DNA from: Eledone cirrhosa
Taxonomy: Eukaryota
NCBI GenBank assembly: GCA_964016885.1
Contig: OZ024740.1
Coordinates: forward strand, 323,764,001-323,828,000
DNA: 64,000 nucleotides
Direction: 5' to 3'
In this document: in pieces, positions 23,672 to 39,449 of the stretch
How the letters are laid out: each line of letters begins with the position of its first letter
How positions within the stretch are numbered: the stretch's first letter is position 1
Notes under the pieces: generated by a model
Databases searched by the model: none
Told to the model about the DNA's origin: nothing
The model's input: the letters and a program-made list of their open reading frames with translations, nothing else
Translations under genes and position numbers: made by a program

Positions 23672-24685
23672 GAACTTCAGTGTGTGACAAGACTCCACTT
23701 TTGAATTACACATACAGTCCATCTTGTAATAGTGGGAACTTCAGTGTGTGACAAGACTCCACTTTTGAATTACATATACAGTCCATCTTGTAATAGTGGG
23801 AACTTCAGTGTGTGACAAGACTCCACTTTTGAATTACACATACAGTCCATCTTGTATTAATGTCACTGATTATTCCACAGACACGTGTATTCTTAACTTA
23901 ATTATATGTGAACTTCAGTGTGTGACAAGACTCCACTTTTGAATTACACATACAGTCCATCTTGTATTAATGTCACTGATTATTCCACAGACACGTGTAT
24001 TCTTAACTTAATTATATGTGAACTTCAGTGTGTGACAAGACTCCACTTTTGAATTACATATACAGTCCATCTTGTAATAGTGGGAACTTCAGTGTGTGAC
24101 AAGACTCCACTTTTGAATTACACATACAGTCCATCTTGTATTAATGTCACTGATTATTCCACAGACACGTGTATTCTTAACTTAATTATATGTGAACTTC
24201 AGTGTGTGACAAGACTCCACTTTTGAATTACATATACAGTCCATCTTGTAATAGTGGGAACTTCAGTGTGTGACAAGACTCCACTTTTGAATTACACATA
24301 CAGTCCATCTTGTATTAATGTCACTGATTATTCCACAGACACGTGTATTCTTAACTTAATTATATGTGAACTTCAGTGTGTGACAAGACTCCACTTTTGA
24401 ATTACACATACAGTCCATCTTGTATTAATGTCACTGATTATTCCACAGACACGTGTATTCTTAACTTAATTATATGTGAACTTCAGTGTGTGACAAGACT
24501 CCACTTTTGAATTACACATACAGTCCATCTTGTATTAATGTCACTGACTATTCCACAGACACGTGTATTCTTAACTTTATATGTGAACTTCAGCGTGTGA
24601 CAAGGCTTTGCTATTGAATTACACATACAGTCCATCTTGTATTATAGTGTAACTGACTATTCCACAGGCACGTATACTTTTAACG
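23672..24685. repeat. Two-unit minisatellite (64-bp S and 110-bp L units sharing a 57-bp core)
   Basis: Unit starts at 23672, 23736, 23800, 23910, 24020, 24084, 24194, 24258, 24368, 24478 and 24585. Order is S S L L S L S L L L L'. Confidence 0.93.
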
Positions 24686-25511
24686 CAGTGGTTCACAAAT
24701 GGATCCATATAAGAATGTTGGGGGTCCATACAAAAGATATCAAATTGGGAGTCCATAGTAGTATTTCATACAGACATACATACAGACATTCCAAAAATTC
24801 TGCATCTAATAACTCCATATAAACATGTACAGATACAAAGCATATGCACATGCACACATATAACTCAAAAACATCCACATCCACATATACAATAACATCC
24901 ATACCTGCACACACATGCATGCAGACATGCATACATATCTACCTAGTTGATGTTGTCTAAATTCCAATGAGAGAGTCTTGTATCTATATTAGAAATCGAC
25001 TCTCTCTATTGGTAAACATTTATCTATCTATATACTACTAAAACTCTGTGATTGTGAGCTTGTATGTCATTTAATACAGCCGAAATGGCACATAATCGGA
25101 AAATACTTTGAAAAGAAGTTGCCCGTGAAATGGGAATACAAATAGAATAAAATAAGTTTCGCGTAAATCGGTGCACGGGAACCCGAGATACGGGGTTTTT
25201 CCGGGTACATTTATAAATAGAGAGAGAGAGAAAGACATAGTGGTTATGAGAGAGGAGATTGAGAGAGAGACATAGAGAGAGGGGGAGAGAAGGAGCCAGA
25301 GAAGGAAAATGGAAAAGAGGGATAGAGAGAGAGCTAGCGGTGTTGTTGATTGAAATTACAACAGGTGATTTCAAAAAGTCGAATACAGCATTACTGAATC
25401 CAGCTAAAATTTGGAGACTGAATATTAAGTCATATGTATCATATAACCTGTGTTAAGAGAGGATGTGTGTAGCGAATATTTTCTGGTAAATAGGAAGGGT
25501 TTCTGAGTGTA

Positions 25512-25632
<121 letters not shown>

Positions 25633-25704
25633 ATGTCTGTGTATGTGAGTAAATGTGTGTCTATATATATATGTATGAATATATGTATGTGTGTGTGTAA
25701 TACA

Positions 25705-25763
<59 letters not shown>

Positions 25764-25809
25764 GTTTGTGTGTGTATGTACGTGTGTGTGTCTGTAACCA
25801 GTGTATATA

Positions 25810-28235
25810 GCCCCCCCCCTAACAACCCTTTACAAATAAGGCCTTACCCAGAAGGAATACAACTACATCACTAATTTCAAAAGTTGAACCAGCCTTTTCT
25901 ACGGTATCCCAAAGACACATAAGCGAAGTAATAGGCAGGGCCTGCAAGAAAGCCACATACATTTACATCAATATACCGCCTCCTGATGACCGTAAATTAA
26001 GACCCATAATAGCAGATACCACATGTAAAACCCACCGCCTCACCAACTTCCTAGATATTATGCTTAAACCTTTCCTAAAGCACATAAAAAGCTTCATTAG
26101 GGACGACCTTGACATGCTCAACCACCTCCCAACAACACTTAATAATGAACATACCCTGCTAGTAACCTTTGATGTCATCAATCTATATTCCAATATCCCA
26201 CACAACCTAGGTATAGAGGCAATACAATTCTGGCTTGAAAATTTCCCTAGTGAACTCCCACAGCGCATCCCTAAAGAATGTGTGTTTGAGGGACTCAAAT
26301 TCCTCTTGGAAAACAACTTCTTCGAATTCGATGCCAAATACTACAGACAGAAATCTGGGACTGCCATGGGCGCGAAAGTAGCCCCCTCATACGCCAACCT
26401 TGTCATGGGATATTTGGAAACCACTCTCTACTGCAAAGTTATAGACAAATACGGTAACCACGTCTACCTACACATAGGAAAAAACTGGAAGAGATATCTG
26501 GAAGACTGCTTCATCCTCTGGCATGAAAGTATAGAAAGACTGATTGAGTTTAAAACACTTCTGAATGGACTCAACACAAACTTACAATTTACAATGGATT
26601 ACAGCCATGAACAACTCCCTTTCCTCGACATCCTCATCAAGAAAACAAACAACAAAATAGAAACAGATATATACTACAAACCCACAGACCCCAAACAATA
26701 TCTTCCATTTAACTCGTGCCACCCTCGTCATACAAAAATGGCAATTCCTTATAACCTAGACAGAAGGATCTGCACAATAGTTTCTGATAAATACACATGC
26801 TACACACGACTAGAAGAATTAAAGAACACACTTATCAGCAGAAACTACCCACCATCCCTAATCAACAATGGATTCCAACGTGCTCTAAAACGCAACATCC
26901 AGGAACTCAGGCACCCCAAACCCAGGAAGGAACCGCAACAGAAAACTCTACCATACATATCCACACACAACCCCCTCAACAATGAGGCATTCGACACCAT
27001 CCTCCAGAACATTCCTTTACTGAAAAGAGACCCAAGAATGAACAAAATCCTCCAAACACACAACATCATAAAGAGCAAAAGACAACCTAAATCCATAAAA
27101 AACACCCTCACACAAGCCAAAAGCCAACCAACCCTCACAAGGAACCCTACAGTAAAAAAAATGCGGAAGGCCCAACTGTGGTATATGCATAAATCTAATA
27201 GAAGGTTCAACATTCCATTTTAAACAAGGACAATATTTCACAGTTAAACACAACTTTGCATGTGCATCTGAAAACCTAATCTATGTTTTGACCTTTTCAG
27301 GTTGTCAAGAGCACTACATAGGACATACAAAAAAAAACCTCCGACAACGTATGACTGTCCATAGATCACAAATCAAAATACAGGAATGCAGAAAGATTGC
27401 TTTTAGTGAACATACCGCCAATTGTACACCTAACCAACATCCAAACTTTAAAATTTTCCCCATTTACAAATTCATAGACAACGCTTCTTTCATCCATCAT
27501 ACTAATAAGGAAACATACTTCATTAACACATTCCAACCTCTACTTAATGGACTAAACTTCGGACTAAACTAAAACTGGAACGAACAATGAACCAAAACCA
27601 AATTCCTATGTTCTCTAAAGAGTTACCTCTCTTACACCCTACCTAATCCTTTTTCGTATATAAATGAATTACCACCTCTCATTTCTCTCTCCCCTACATG
27701 ACCACCCCGAATTACCTCTCCCTGCATATTAACTCTCTAAAAAGGGAAATCATATCAAACCCCAGACTACCATTTGCCTCCATCATGGATCAACTAAGCA
27801 TTTTTGCCATAATAACACATTTTGAACTGCTTATCCTCAAGAACTATGCCTGTAAATAATATTTGTTTCTCTCCCATTACCTTACCATGTTCCACATCAA
27901 CCCCTTTTTTCTTTTTTTCTTTTCACTTCAAAAACCTTGTTTGTAAATAATATTATTCTTTCTTCCCCATTTCCTTAACCTATTCAACATCACCAACACT
28001 TTACACCAATACAAATTTCCCCCTTTGATAATGCATAAAATGCTGAAACCGGTAATAGACAATTATTAAATATATAAATAAACAAATAAATGCCATTGTT
28101 AATTAATAAATAACTTAACCAAAACCTTAACACTTCACACAAAATAAAATATTTTGTTTTAAACATTTTCTAACCCAGAAAAAAAGGGAAAAAAAAATTT
28201 TTTCTTCCTAATAATCGTCTTTTTCTCCCTATATT

Positions 28236-28240
<5 letters not shown>
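25810..28240 (+). mobile_element. 5'-truncated, decayed PLE (Neptune-like RT, Cys linker, GIY-YIG) with 3' pLTR
   Basis: LRPII, TFDVINLYSNIP, GTAMG, RYLED (catalytic DD altered), SCHP. Frameshift in the A-run near 27155, then CGRPNCGIC and LIYVL..HYIGHT..RMTVH. HHR motif at 28025. Ends in (TA)n. Confidence 0.88.
28025..28054 (+). ncRNA. Minimal HHR motif in PLE 3' pLTR
   Basis: TTGATAA (U3-A8 covariant core), T-GCAT(AAA)ATGC-T, GAAACCGGTA with palindromic stem III. Stem I is degenerate. Confidence 0.6.
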
Positions 28241-28287
<47 letters not shown>

Positions 28288-28290
<3 letters not shown>

Positions 28291-28562
28291 ACTCCGTCGG
28301 TTTCGACGACGAGTATTCAAGTTGATACTATCAACGGAACAGCATAATCGGGAAATTAACATGGCTGAGCATTCCACAGACACACATATCCTTTACGTAG
28401 TTCTCAGGGAGATTCAGTGTGACACAGTGTGTAACAAGGCTGGTCCTTCGAATTACAGCTACAATTCATTTATTCCAGCTGAGTGGACAGGAGTAACATG
28501 AAATAAAGTGTCTTGCTCAAGGACACAATGCGGCGCCGGGAATCGAACTGACGCCCTTGCGA
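28288..28562 (-). mobile_element. tRNA-derived SINE, family 2
   Basis: B box GTTCGATTCC, core tgtgtccttgagcaagacactttatttca, 3' body gtaattc..ccttgt.acac..ctgaatctccc. Related pieces near 12700-13030, 36840-37030, 43180-43410, 48770-48865 and 62640-62880. Confidence 0.7.
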
Positions 28563-29152
28563 TCAACTTTGCCTGTCATCCTTACGGGGTCGATAAAATA
28601 AAATACCAGTAATGCACTGGATAATTGCTGACCTTGTGGCAAAAGTAGAAATAATTATCTCCATAATGGTTCGATTAGGAGGCAGTTTTTATAAGCAGCT
28701 ATGGTCCCATAGAAGTGACTGTATGCATTTGTATGGCTTTAATAATTGTTTCTACTTCTGGCACAAGGCCAGCCATTATCCCAGTGTATTACTGGTACTT
28801 TATTTTATCGACTCGGTAAGGCTGAAAGGAAAAGTTAACCTCGGCAGGATTTGAACTCAGACCATAAAGGACGGTAACTCTTTGCTGCAAAGTATGGCGT
28901 CCGACCCTCTACCGATACTGCCATTTAATAATATTTACTGACTATGATACGAACTTTTAACCCTTTGGTTGCTACCCCGATGCTCTATCGACTCAGCAAG
29001 TTGCTTTTTTTACTTCATTTCCTTTTTTTCTTGTTTTCATCTTCCTTTTTTTTCGATTTCTCTCTCTTTCACACACATACTGACTTACTCTGGTATACAG
29101 ATATACGGATACACTGAAACACACACACACACTACACACACACATGTGTGTA

Positions 29153-29198
<46 letters not shown>

Positions 29199-29222
29199 TA
29201 TACACACACACACCTCACACAC

Positions 29223-29255
<33 letters not shown>

Positions 29256-29406
29256 TACACACACACATATATATATATACAGACACACACACATATACAC
29301 ACATATACATATATACATATACGCACACACACATATATTCACACACACATACATATATATATATATACACACGCACACACATATATACATATACACACAC
29401 ACATAG

Positions 29407-29473
<67 letters not shown>

Positions 29474-29989
29474 TACATACACACACACGTGTGTGTGTGT
29501 GTGTGTGTGTGACAACAATAACACACCAAAACACAGAGAGATACATGAGTTCATACCCACACTAACAAGCACACGTACACATACACTGACATGCAAACAC
29601 CAACACGTACAAACAGACACATATATCTTAACAGTCTTACACTAAAACATATATACACACATGCACACATGTGGACACACACATAGAAGATAAAGGCAGG
29701 CCAATAGAGTGTAGTAAGCTGTAGTGTGGCATTGAAACCTATTTAGGGCTATCGTTAAAAACCATTCATGTGTTTTAGGAGTCCTTTAGAATAACATAGA
29801 TCTTTCACATAGGTGGCTCACACCAACAACTACAACAACTACAACAACTACAATATCTACAACAATTATGAAAGCAATAATAAAAACAACAGCGACAACG
29901 ACGACAGAATCGACAACAACGATGGTAAAATTAACAACAGCAATATCGACGCCAAATCTAACAACACTACTAACATCAACAACAGATAT

Positions 29990-30745
29990 AATAATTGTTT
30001 CTTATATAGGCACAAGGCCAGTAATTAATCCAGTGTATTACTGGTACTTTATTTTATCGACTCCGTAAGGATGAAAGGCAAAGTTAACCTCGACGGGATT
30101 TGAACTCAGTTCATAAAGGGCCGTAACTCTTTATAATAAGGGTTTCTTATATAGGCACAAGGCCAGCAATTTTGGGGGAGGGGAAAGTCGATTAAATTGA
30201 CCCCAGTGCGTGACTGGTACTTTATTTTATCGGCTCCGTAAGGATGAAAGGCAAAGTTAATCTCGACGGGATTTGAATTCAAAACGTAAAGGTTTATTAC
30301 TCTAAGCTGCAAAGCATGGCGTCCGACCCTCTACCGATACTGCCAATCTACAACAGATATAATATTGATCTGTGTGTTGTGAAATCTTCAGCAACGACTG
30401 CAACAATAATAACAGCAAATAGAAGAACAACAACAACACTAGCCAAACAACGATAGCCACGACAACAACAGCAACAACAACAGCTATAATAACAAACATA
30501 GTAACAACAGCCTCTCCAACATCTCCACCAACGATGTAAACAGTATTACTAGAAATAATAATTGTTTCTACTTTTGGCACAAGGCCAGCAATTATCCCAG
30601 CGCATTACTGGTACTTTATTTTAGCAACCCCGTAAGGATAAAAGGCAAAGTTAACCTCGGTGGGATTTGAACTCAGACCGTAAAGGGACGTAACTCTATG
30701 CTGCAAAGCATGGCGTCCAACCCTCTACCGATACTGCCAATCCAC
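29990..30745 (-). mobile_element. Cluster of three SINE family 1 copies in (AAC)n-rich DNA
   Basis: Copies at about 29990-30130, 30140-30350 and 30558-30745. Confidence 0.85.
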
Positions 30746-31001
30746 AAGCAGTATGTAGTGAAAACAACAACAAAGACGACAACAACAACGACGACAACAA
30801 AAACCTTGAAGTCTCATCTGGAAGAAGCAGACGATACTGAAATAAGTTACAAAGATTAAATATTTAGAAAAAATAAATAAATAAAACATACAATGGCTGC
30901 AGTTTTATGGGATAAGCTAAACATACACATAAACAGAGACACATACATACACACACACATATATACACAGACACATATATACACACACACACACACACAT
31001 T

Positions 31002-31053
<52 letters not shown>

Positions 31054-31493
31054 CACATATCTATATATATATATGTATATATACACACAAACACATATAT
31101 ATATACATATATACACACACATATATATATACATATATACACACACACACATATGTATACACACACACATGTATATATATATATAATATACATACATACA
31201 TAAAACACATACACTCACACAAACAGTTACACACATATATACAATGAAAGTAAGAGTTGGTGGGATATTATAGGACGTTCCAGCCGACTGATTCCAGGGC
31301 CCTACTTCTCTCCCCACGTTCAAATAGCCCCCCACCCCTCCCATCCTGTACTGTGTTAAATCAAGTTGAAAATAATATAGGGCCTAATAAAATAAATGAC
31401 TCGTGCAAAGGGCTTGATTCCTTTCATTTTAGGGGGTAGCTTTTCCTTTCTTGGGAGGCTTACAACAACAACAGTAACAACAAAAAGAGTAGG

Positions 31494-31554
<61 letters not shown>

Positions 31555-33809
31555 GCAGTAGTAGGAACAACAGTATTAATACTTATAAAAACGTCAACAG
31601 TGGCGACAACAACAGCAACAAAAACAAATATTAACAATAACAACAGCAACAATCAGGATAACAGTAACAACAACGACCACTATAACAACTACAATAGCAA
31701 CAATCACGACAACAATTGTAACAACAACGACGACGGCAACAACAACAACAACAACAACAACAATAACAACAACAATAGCAACAACTTAGCTATTCTCATT
31801 TTTTTCCCTATTCATAAGTTTCAAAGTAGAGAACAGTGACAAAGATGGGGGAGGCAGGTACAAAAATATTGAAGTAAAATATGAAGTGGTGGTGCCCCCT
31901 AGAACTTCAGCCTAAATATTGATGACGATGATGACGATGATAAGAAAATAACTAAAACAGTGTCAAAATTCATAACTCTTAACATCCTGGACCATATAAA
32001 ACCACATTAGCAAGAAATTCTTGAAAAGTACAGAACAGCACTAAGGCTGCGTCACATTAAACATAACAATCTCCAATGCCGCAAATTTTCACAGAGTTCT
32101 CTCCACCTGTAAAGATAATATAAATATTTGAATTAACAAACCACATGAAAATACATTAGCAAAACATTCCTTAAAAACTATAATGCAACACAATGACTGC
32201 AGCACATTAATCAGTAAAGTCATTGCTTCAAATCCCACCGAGGTTAACTTTGCCTTACATCCTTACGGAGTCGATAAAATAAAGTACCAGTAATGAACTG
32301 GCATAATTGCTGGCATTGTTCCAAAGGTAGAAACAATTATTTACTGCAAACTTTCACAACGATCTGTCCACTAGTAAAGATTCTATAAACATTAGAATTA
32401 ACAAACAACTTTTAGATTATTTTCAACTATCTCTACACATAAAGATGTCTCCTAGTTAAAGAGAATTCTTCTGTCTCAGAGAAAAAAAACCCTTAATATA
32501 TTGGCTTTACATGTTTCACGGCTAGTAAGTAATTCATAAAAAAAGTACCCTATCGTTTCACCTTCGAAGAAACCTTATAGCTAATGTCTGTTAATGTAAA
32601 TCTCAAACTAGAAAATAACTAAAATAGCCTATCTATCTTATATAACAAGCATTCGTTTGGCAGAATAATTAATTAAATAATTTTAAAATTCATATAAAAA
32701 TGAAAATATGCATCGCTAGAACAGCTGTTAAAACAACCAAACGAGTTTTCTCATTTTTATATGAATTCATATGCAATCTCGCTTCGTCTCGATCAGAGAC
32801 GACAATATCTATTCATTCAATTTCAAAATAGTTTTTTAATAATATTCAAGCACAATACAACATATATTAGAAAATCTAAAATAAATTCTATGTAGATATA
32901 ACTATCGTTCTTTTGTTATTTTAGGTGGTTTTCTTTTTTAGTTATAAATTTGACTGTTAAAGAAACGAATGTAAATACACTTCATTGACAGTATCGGTAG
33001 AGGGTCGGACGCCATGCTTTGTAGCATAGAGTTACGGCTCTTTATGATCCGAGTTCAAATCCCGCCGAGGTTAACTTTGCCTTTCATCCTTACAGGGTGG
33101 ATAAAATAAAGTACCAGTAACGCATGGGGTCAATTTAATCGACTTTCCCCTACCCAAAATTACTGGCCTTGTGCCTATACTAGAAATCACTATGTACACA
33201 GAAATACTTTGAAATAATTGTAGATACGTTTTATATCTAGTTGGTTGCTTATCGTTAACTTCCTTTATCCTTGTCTATAATGAGAATGTATAGGATTCTC
33301 TATTTAAGCCAAACACAAACCCGAACTCAACTGGGATAGCCTTTCTAATAAGGTGCATTTGAATAAAACCTGAATATTTTTTCACTTTCAATATGCGTGG
33401 ATAACTTTTAAACAGCGAAATATTGAGTTATCCAAAAAGATTTCATGGTAACATTATGAACATCATATTCATTTATTTTAGTAAGTTAAACATTAATGTT
33501 ATTTTATATTTAGCTTCCTACGTTCGAGTTCTTTCGTAAATTTCTTTTCCACATAAGGACTACAGCGGCTTGCGTGGTTTCCCGGCTTCTGTCATGGCTG
33601 TGCCTTCTTTTCTTGTACAACAGCATAAGTAGAGGAATATTCCGCTTGACTGATATTTTGATTTATGCCACAAATGAAGGCTTACTCGTACATTCAGCTC
33701 TGATGGTATGTTTACTGTCGGAACACGAATGTTCACGTGACAGTTAAGAACCTTGAGAAATAATGTTGGCTTATGTGCAACAATGTTACTATTTCCGGCG
33801 TTATATATG

Positions 33810-33939
<130 letters not shown>

Positions 33940-34153
33940 CGTGTGTGTGTGTGTGTGCGTGTGTGTGCGTGTGTGGAGAGAGAGCGCGGGAAAGAGAGAT
34001 AAACGGGTTTATATAGACACGTTATATATGTGTATGTGTATACATAGTTATACATATGTACACATACGCGTATTTGAGCAGGGATATATGTGCTATGTAA
34101 ATACACATCCATACTCAAAACACACACACACACACACACAGACACACACACAG

Positions 34154-34186
<33 letters not shown>

Positions 34187-35166
34187 CAACGAAACCATAA
34201 CACATGTGCGTACACACATATAAACACATAAACACTTACACACAAACACAGGCATGTATATACACATAGACATGCACGTTCATACACATACACGCGCATA
34301 CATATATATATATAAGCTCACATTGCACACATACGGTACATTGTTAAACGTTCGTGCTTGTACGTATTATGTCGCCAAAGTTCGTTTTGTTCCATTCACT
34401 GTGCTCCCTACAATAATATCTTTAGTAAAAAGAGCGTGCGGGGTTTATAACGATGCACTATTTTTGTCAGTTTTGATTCATCATTTGAACCTAATCACAC
34501 GCATTTGTAATTTGTTGTCGGTCTATGGCAAAACCCAGTGAATTATTCTATAAAAAATATCCCTACTATTGGAGAAGGCTTTGAAGTTTGTTAGTTCACA
34601 ATAAATTATATATTCTACCCAGCTCCCTTCGACTTCACTGATGATAGGAACAAGAAGCTGAGGGCATTTCTAACTTTGCATGATACTCCTTCCTTCTTGG
34701 TATTTTTTTGATGTTATTGTTGTGTTGTGGTAGCCATTATGGTGGTGGTGATGGTGTTTTGATGCTATTGTTGTGTTGTGGTGGCGATTATGGTGGTGGT
34801 GGTGGTGATGGTGGTGGTGGTGGTGTTGGTGGCGATGGTGGTGGTGTTGGTGGCGATGGTGTTTTGATGCTATTGTTGTGTTGTGGTGGCGATTATGGTG
34901 GTGGTGGTGGTGGTGATAGTGGTGGTGGTGGTGGTGGTGGTGGTGGTGGTGATGTTATTGTTCCGATTGATGTTGTTGTTTTTAATGGTGGTGGTAGCGG
35001 CGACAGCGGATGTTGCTTTTGCTACAGAGACAATGGCCGTTGGCTATCTTGTCTGAACATTCATAAATATGTAAACATAGGCAGCAGCAGACGACATCAT
35101 TTGTGTCCGTCTCTGTATATGTGTGGTGCATATTAAGGGTATAATTATCTATATATACATATATAC

Positions 35167-35199
<33 letters not shown>

Positions 35200-35329
35200 A
35201 ATTTATGTATGTATATGTATTTATGTATGACCATGTATTTATCACTATATATATATGTATGTGTGCGAGTGAGTGAGTGTAAATGTATATCTCACTATAT
35301 ATATATATATATACAGACATACACACACA

Positions 35330-35405
35330 CAGAGTGTTCTAAAAAATGTATACACACTTCAACAACATCCTAATAAATGTGTATACATTTTGGGGGGACA
35401 CACTG
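35330..35405. mobile_element. Tiny Tc1/mariner-type MITE remnant
   Basis: cag.gtgt....aaaaatgtatacac pairs with gtgtatacattttt....acac.ctg. A solo matching end lies at 38490-38516. Confidence 0.5.
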
Positions 35406-35414
35406 TATATATAT

Positions 35415-35523
<109 letters not shown>

Positions 35524-35709
35524 TTGGGCGATGTAATGCATGTGTGTGAATGAGTAGCTGTATAAAGTTCGGTTTTATTTGCATTCATACACACACATGC
35601 CTTCATATTAATGTAGTTTAAACCTTTACATCTAATTATGTCATATTGTATATATGCAAGTATATAAGGTAATATCTTCGTAGAGTAGAAAGTGAGTTGA
35701 CCCACAGCT

Positions 35710-35749
<40 letters not shown>

Positions 35750-35784
35750 TGATTCATACACTCACAGATATGCACATGCGCATA

Positions 35785-35824
<40 letters not shown>

Positions 35825-36499
35825 GAGACAGCCACACACATACATATACACATACATACAGACACTGAGACACAAAGACATACACACATATATATATATA
35901 TATATATATAAGCACAGATTAAAAGTTTAAGCAAACAATTTCTGCTTTCATTCTTAGTTTGATCTTTGTATTTATTATTACTACGATATTTATTTATTTA
36001 TTCAACTGCGTAATATTTACTATGATGCGTTTTTTGTTAGTTTAAGCTTGTATTTTGATGTTGGGAAAGGTTTTGTAAGAAAAAAGTACACACACATATA
36101 TAATACATATATAATATATGTGTGTGTGTATGTGTGTGTGCGTGTGTGTGTGTTTCGCTGTGTATCTATCTGTATATGGTTGTAAATATGTGACTGCATG
36201 CGTGTTTATCTGAGTATGTTTGTGCATAGCTCGTTCAAACATTTTGCTAAGTTTCACTTGATTCCTGTTTAGGTATTATAGAAAGGCATAAACGACACAG
36301 CTTCAACCCTTTGCTGTAAATTCAATAGACATGATCATGGTTTTTATGTCTGCTACATCGTAATACTCATTGGGCTAGAGCAAGCACTATACATACCAGT
36401 TGAAAGATGGTTTTCTCCTGTTATATAGTGTTATACTCTTTTATTCTTTTCCCTGTTCCAGCCATCCAGTAAAGGCCATGCTGGGGCACCACCCTTGTT

Positions 36500-36800
36500 G
36501 CTGCACATTCTATCTCCAGCCAGTGTTGGCTGGCCATTAGTGTAAGAGGGAGTTCGTTGCTGCTGTTCTTAGGTTACCTTCGTACCGTGCTGTGGACTCA
36601 TCAGGGATCCTTGGTAGCAGTGTCAAGATGTTTCTTGAAAACAACCACGTCCACACCATGCAGATCTCTCAAATTTCTTGGCAGCTTGTTGAAGAGTTGA
36701 GGGCCTTTGAACCCCGAACTATTGTAATATCTGCTCCTTATTCTAGATATGAAAGACGGGACCTTTGACATCACACAGTGGCGTTTTGTTATGTTCACAA
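36500..36800 (-). mobile_element. CR1/L2-group LINE 3' fragment
   Basis: NS..FKGPQLFNKLPRNLRDL..VFKKHLD is typical of the ORF2 C-terminus in this group. Confidence 0.6.
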
Positions 36801-37965
36801 TAGCAAGGTTCTGATTTCAGTTTGTGGCGGAGTGTTTTGTTCTTGTGCCAGATGTTTTATTTCACATTGCTCTAATCTTCTCCACTGGCAAAATTGATTT
36901 GTACCTGTAATTCAAAGAGTCAATTTTGTCACACACTGTGTCAGGCTGAAACTCCAACTCCCTGTGAAATACATTAATAATGCACGTACCTGTGAAATGG
37001 TGAAATTTACACGTAAAATTCACGAGTACGTTGTTCCGTCGATCGTACTAATGGTACATTGGTCGTGGGTACTGACGGAGGCTCAAAAGCAACAATTCTC
37101 TATTGTATATATTGATGTATACAAATGTATGCAAAGAGAAAACTGCATTCTTGATGTGCGAATGGTACCAACTCACACCAACAAATCTGGATTTTTTAAA
37201 TTCACAAACATTTCTTCCCCAAACAATATCGTGGATGCGACATGAATAATCATAGATGTGGTATGAAGCCACTTCCATCGTAATAAACAGAAATAAAATT
37301 TAAATAGCCAAGGCCTGCACGTCCTATGGAAGTTGAACAGCTGTTCTATGGTTGCTAATTTACTCTGTAATTTCAATTCTAGGAAGGGGCTGTATAATAA
37401 ATCCATCCACGGGCCCTTATTTCTTGCTGAAATCTTTGGGGCACCGTTATGACACGTGCGTCGTAGGGCATATTAAACTTGACGGCGCAGATCTTTCTCT
37501 AGGTTGATTTCTTACAGAAAATAAACGCCAGAGAGGTATGGGTGATGAATGAACGTCAGTACTACAACTTTCTTCCACCTTTTAGAAGTCGATACATATA
37601 AGTACATTTGGACTGGACGGACTTTGAGATCAGAGCGTTCATGTTTGACAGGAATATTACAAAGTATTCTAGCGGATCTCCTATAACGTAGCCACTTTAC
37701 GTTTTTAATAAAACATATTTAATATACATAACTACTTTTATGACATGCTAACAATACGATCCGCACCTACATATTTAATTTTGTGGCTTATCTAATTGTA
37801 TATGCACGTACGATAAATATATTTATCGTCAGCAACCTGTGCACAGTATGTGTTTACGGGTGTTTGAATGCTTGTATGTCTATGTATGTCTATGTCTTGT
37901 TTGTCTGTTAGTGTGCCAGTGAGTCAGTGTGTGTGTGTGTGTGTGTTTATAGACACAGGCATTGC

Positions 37966-38157
37966 TGCGGTAGATTGGCAGTATCGGTAGAGGGTCGGAC
38001 GCCATGCTTTGACGCATAGAGTTATGGCCCTTGCCATTCTGAGTTCAAATCCCGCCGAGGTTAACTTTGCCTTTCATCCTTACGGGGTCGATAACATAAT
38101 GTACCAGTAATGCACTGGGTAATTTCTGGCCTTGTGCCAAAAGTAGAAACAATTATT
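37966..38157 (+). mobile_element. SINE family 1
   Basis: Near-complete copy ending aaacaattatt. Confidence 0.85.
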
Positions 38158-38249
38158 AAGAAGTTAGCTATTTAATCAGAAGGTCCTGAGTTCGAACAGA
38201 ACGCGAAGCAGCTGGGGAAAATGTCCTATGTGTTGATGTGTGATTGGGT

Positions 38250-38301
<52 letters not shown>

Positions 38302-38514
38302 TAGGTATTAAATTAACAATGAAAAGAATAACAACAAAATCAAGTTATTTTACCTATTCTAATAATTGTTTTACGATCGTTTCGGAAGGTTGATCATATT
38401 GACATATTGTCTGATCTATAACAATTATATAATTGTATATTATCAGACCTCATATATAGGTTCAATGAGACCGTATTCTTCGGAAAAAGGGTGTATACAT
38501 TTTTTGGGACACCC

Positions 38515-38593
<79 letters not shown>

Positions 38594-38711
38594 ATATATA
38601 TATATATTGAGCTGTTTCAGCTCAAGGAAGGGGGTAATATGGGGATAAGTGTGTAGATAGGTTTTGTATATAGAAAGATATATATGTATGTATATAAGTT
38701 CTTATATAGTG

Positions 38712-38774
<63 letters not shown>

Positions 38775-39449
38775 TAAATATCTATAAGTCGTTTGGAAGC
38801 CTCGACAATGCAAATGGGTAAATCTCCGGGTAACAAGGTCCGGTGGTGGAGAGAGAGATGTAAGTGGGTGTACGTTGAGATGCGTGGTGTGTATAAGATG
38901 TGTGAGATGTGTAGAATGGAGGGAAGAGTAAAAGGATAAAAATAAAAATAACAACACAAGAGAGAGTGTTACCTTGGGAGAGATTTAATAGTCCCTATAT
39001 ATTTCGGATTCACATCCATCAACTGGGGTTTTTTCCGGGGTGGGGGAAAAGGTTGTCTGTCGGACAAGTCCGGGAGGCGTCTTTCGCTGTTTGCTGATTT
39101 GAATATCTGAGGTATTCGGCAGAGCGCGCGTGCGCGTGAAATGTGGTCGGTCGTACAAAGGTCAGCGGCCGAATGAGGGAGTGGGATGGCGCTAGCTGTC
39201 AGTCCATTCTCTGTCTGTTTGTTAGATTTTACTGTGTGTGTGTGTGCGTGTGTTGTTGTCTCGCTTGAGTGTGTGTGTGTGTGTGTGTGTGTGGGTGTGT
39301 GTGTTGTTGTTGCCTTGTTCATCTGTATTGGCAGTGTAGTATGTTCGTATGGTGGAATGCTACAATGTGTGTGTGCGTGTGTGTGTGTGGTTGTCTCGTT
39401 TGCGTGTGTGTGTGTGCGTGTGTTGTGTGTTGTTGCATCGCTTGTTAAC

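Noticed and set aside
23672-24685. CRISPR-like repeat-spacer appearance
   Set aside because: Only two recurring linkers rather than unique spacers, a 57-bp repeat, no cas genes, eukaryotic context and SINE-derived sequence.
25027-25210. Non-autonomous Helitron (TCTATATACTACTAAAA start, 3' hairpin)
   Set aside because: No terminal CTRR and no second copy in the window.
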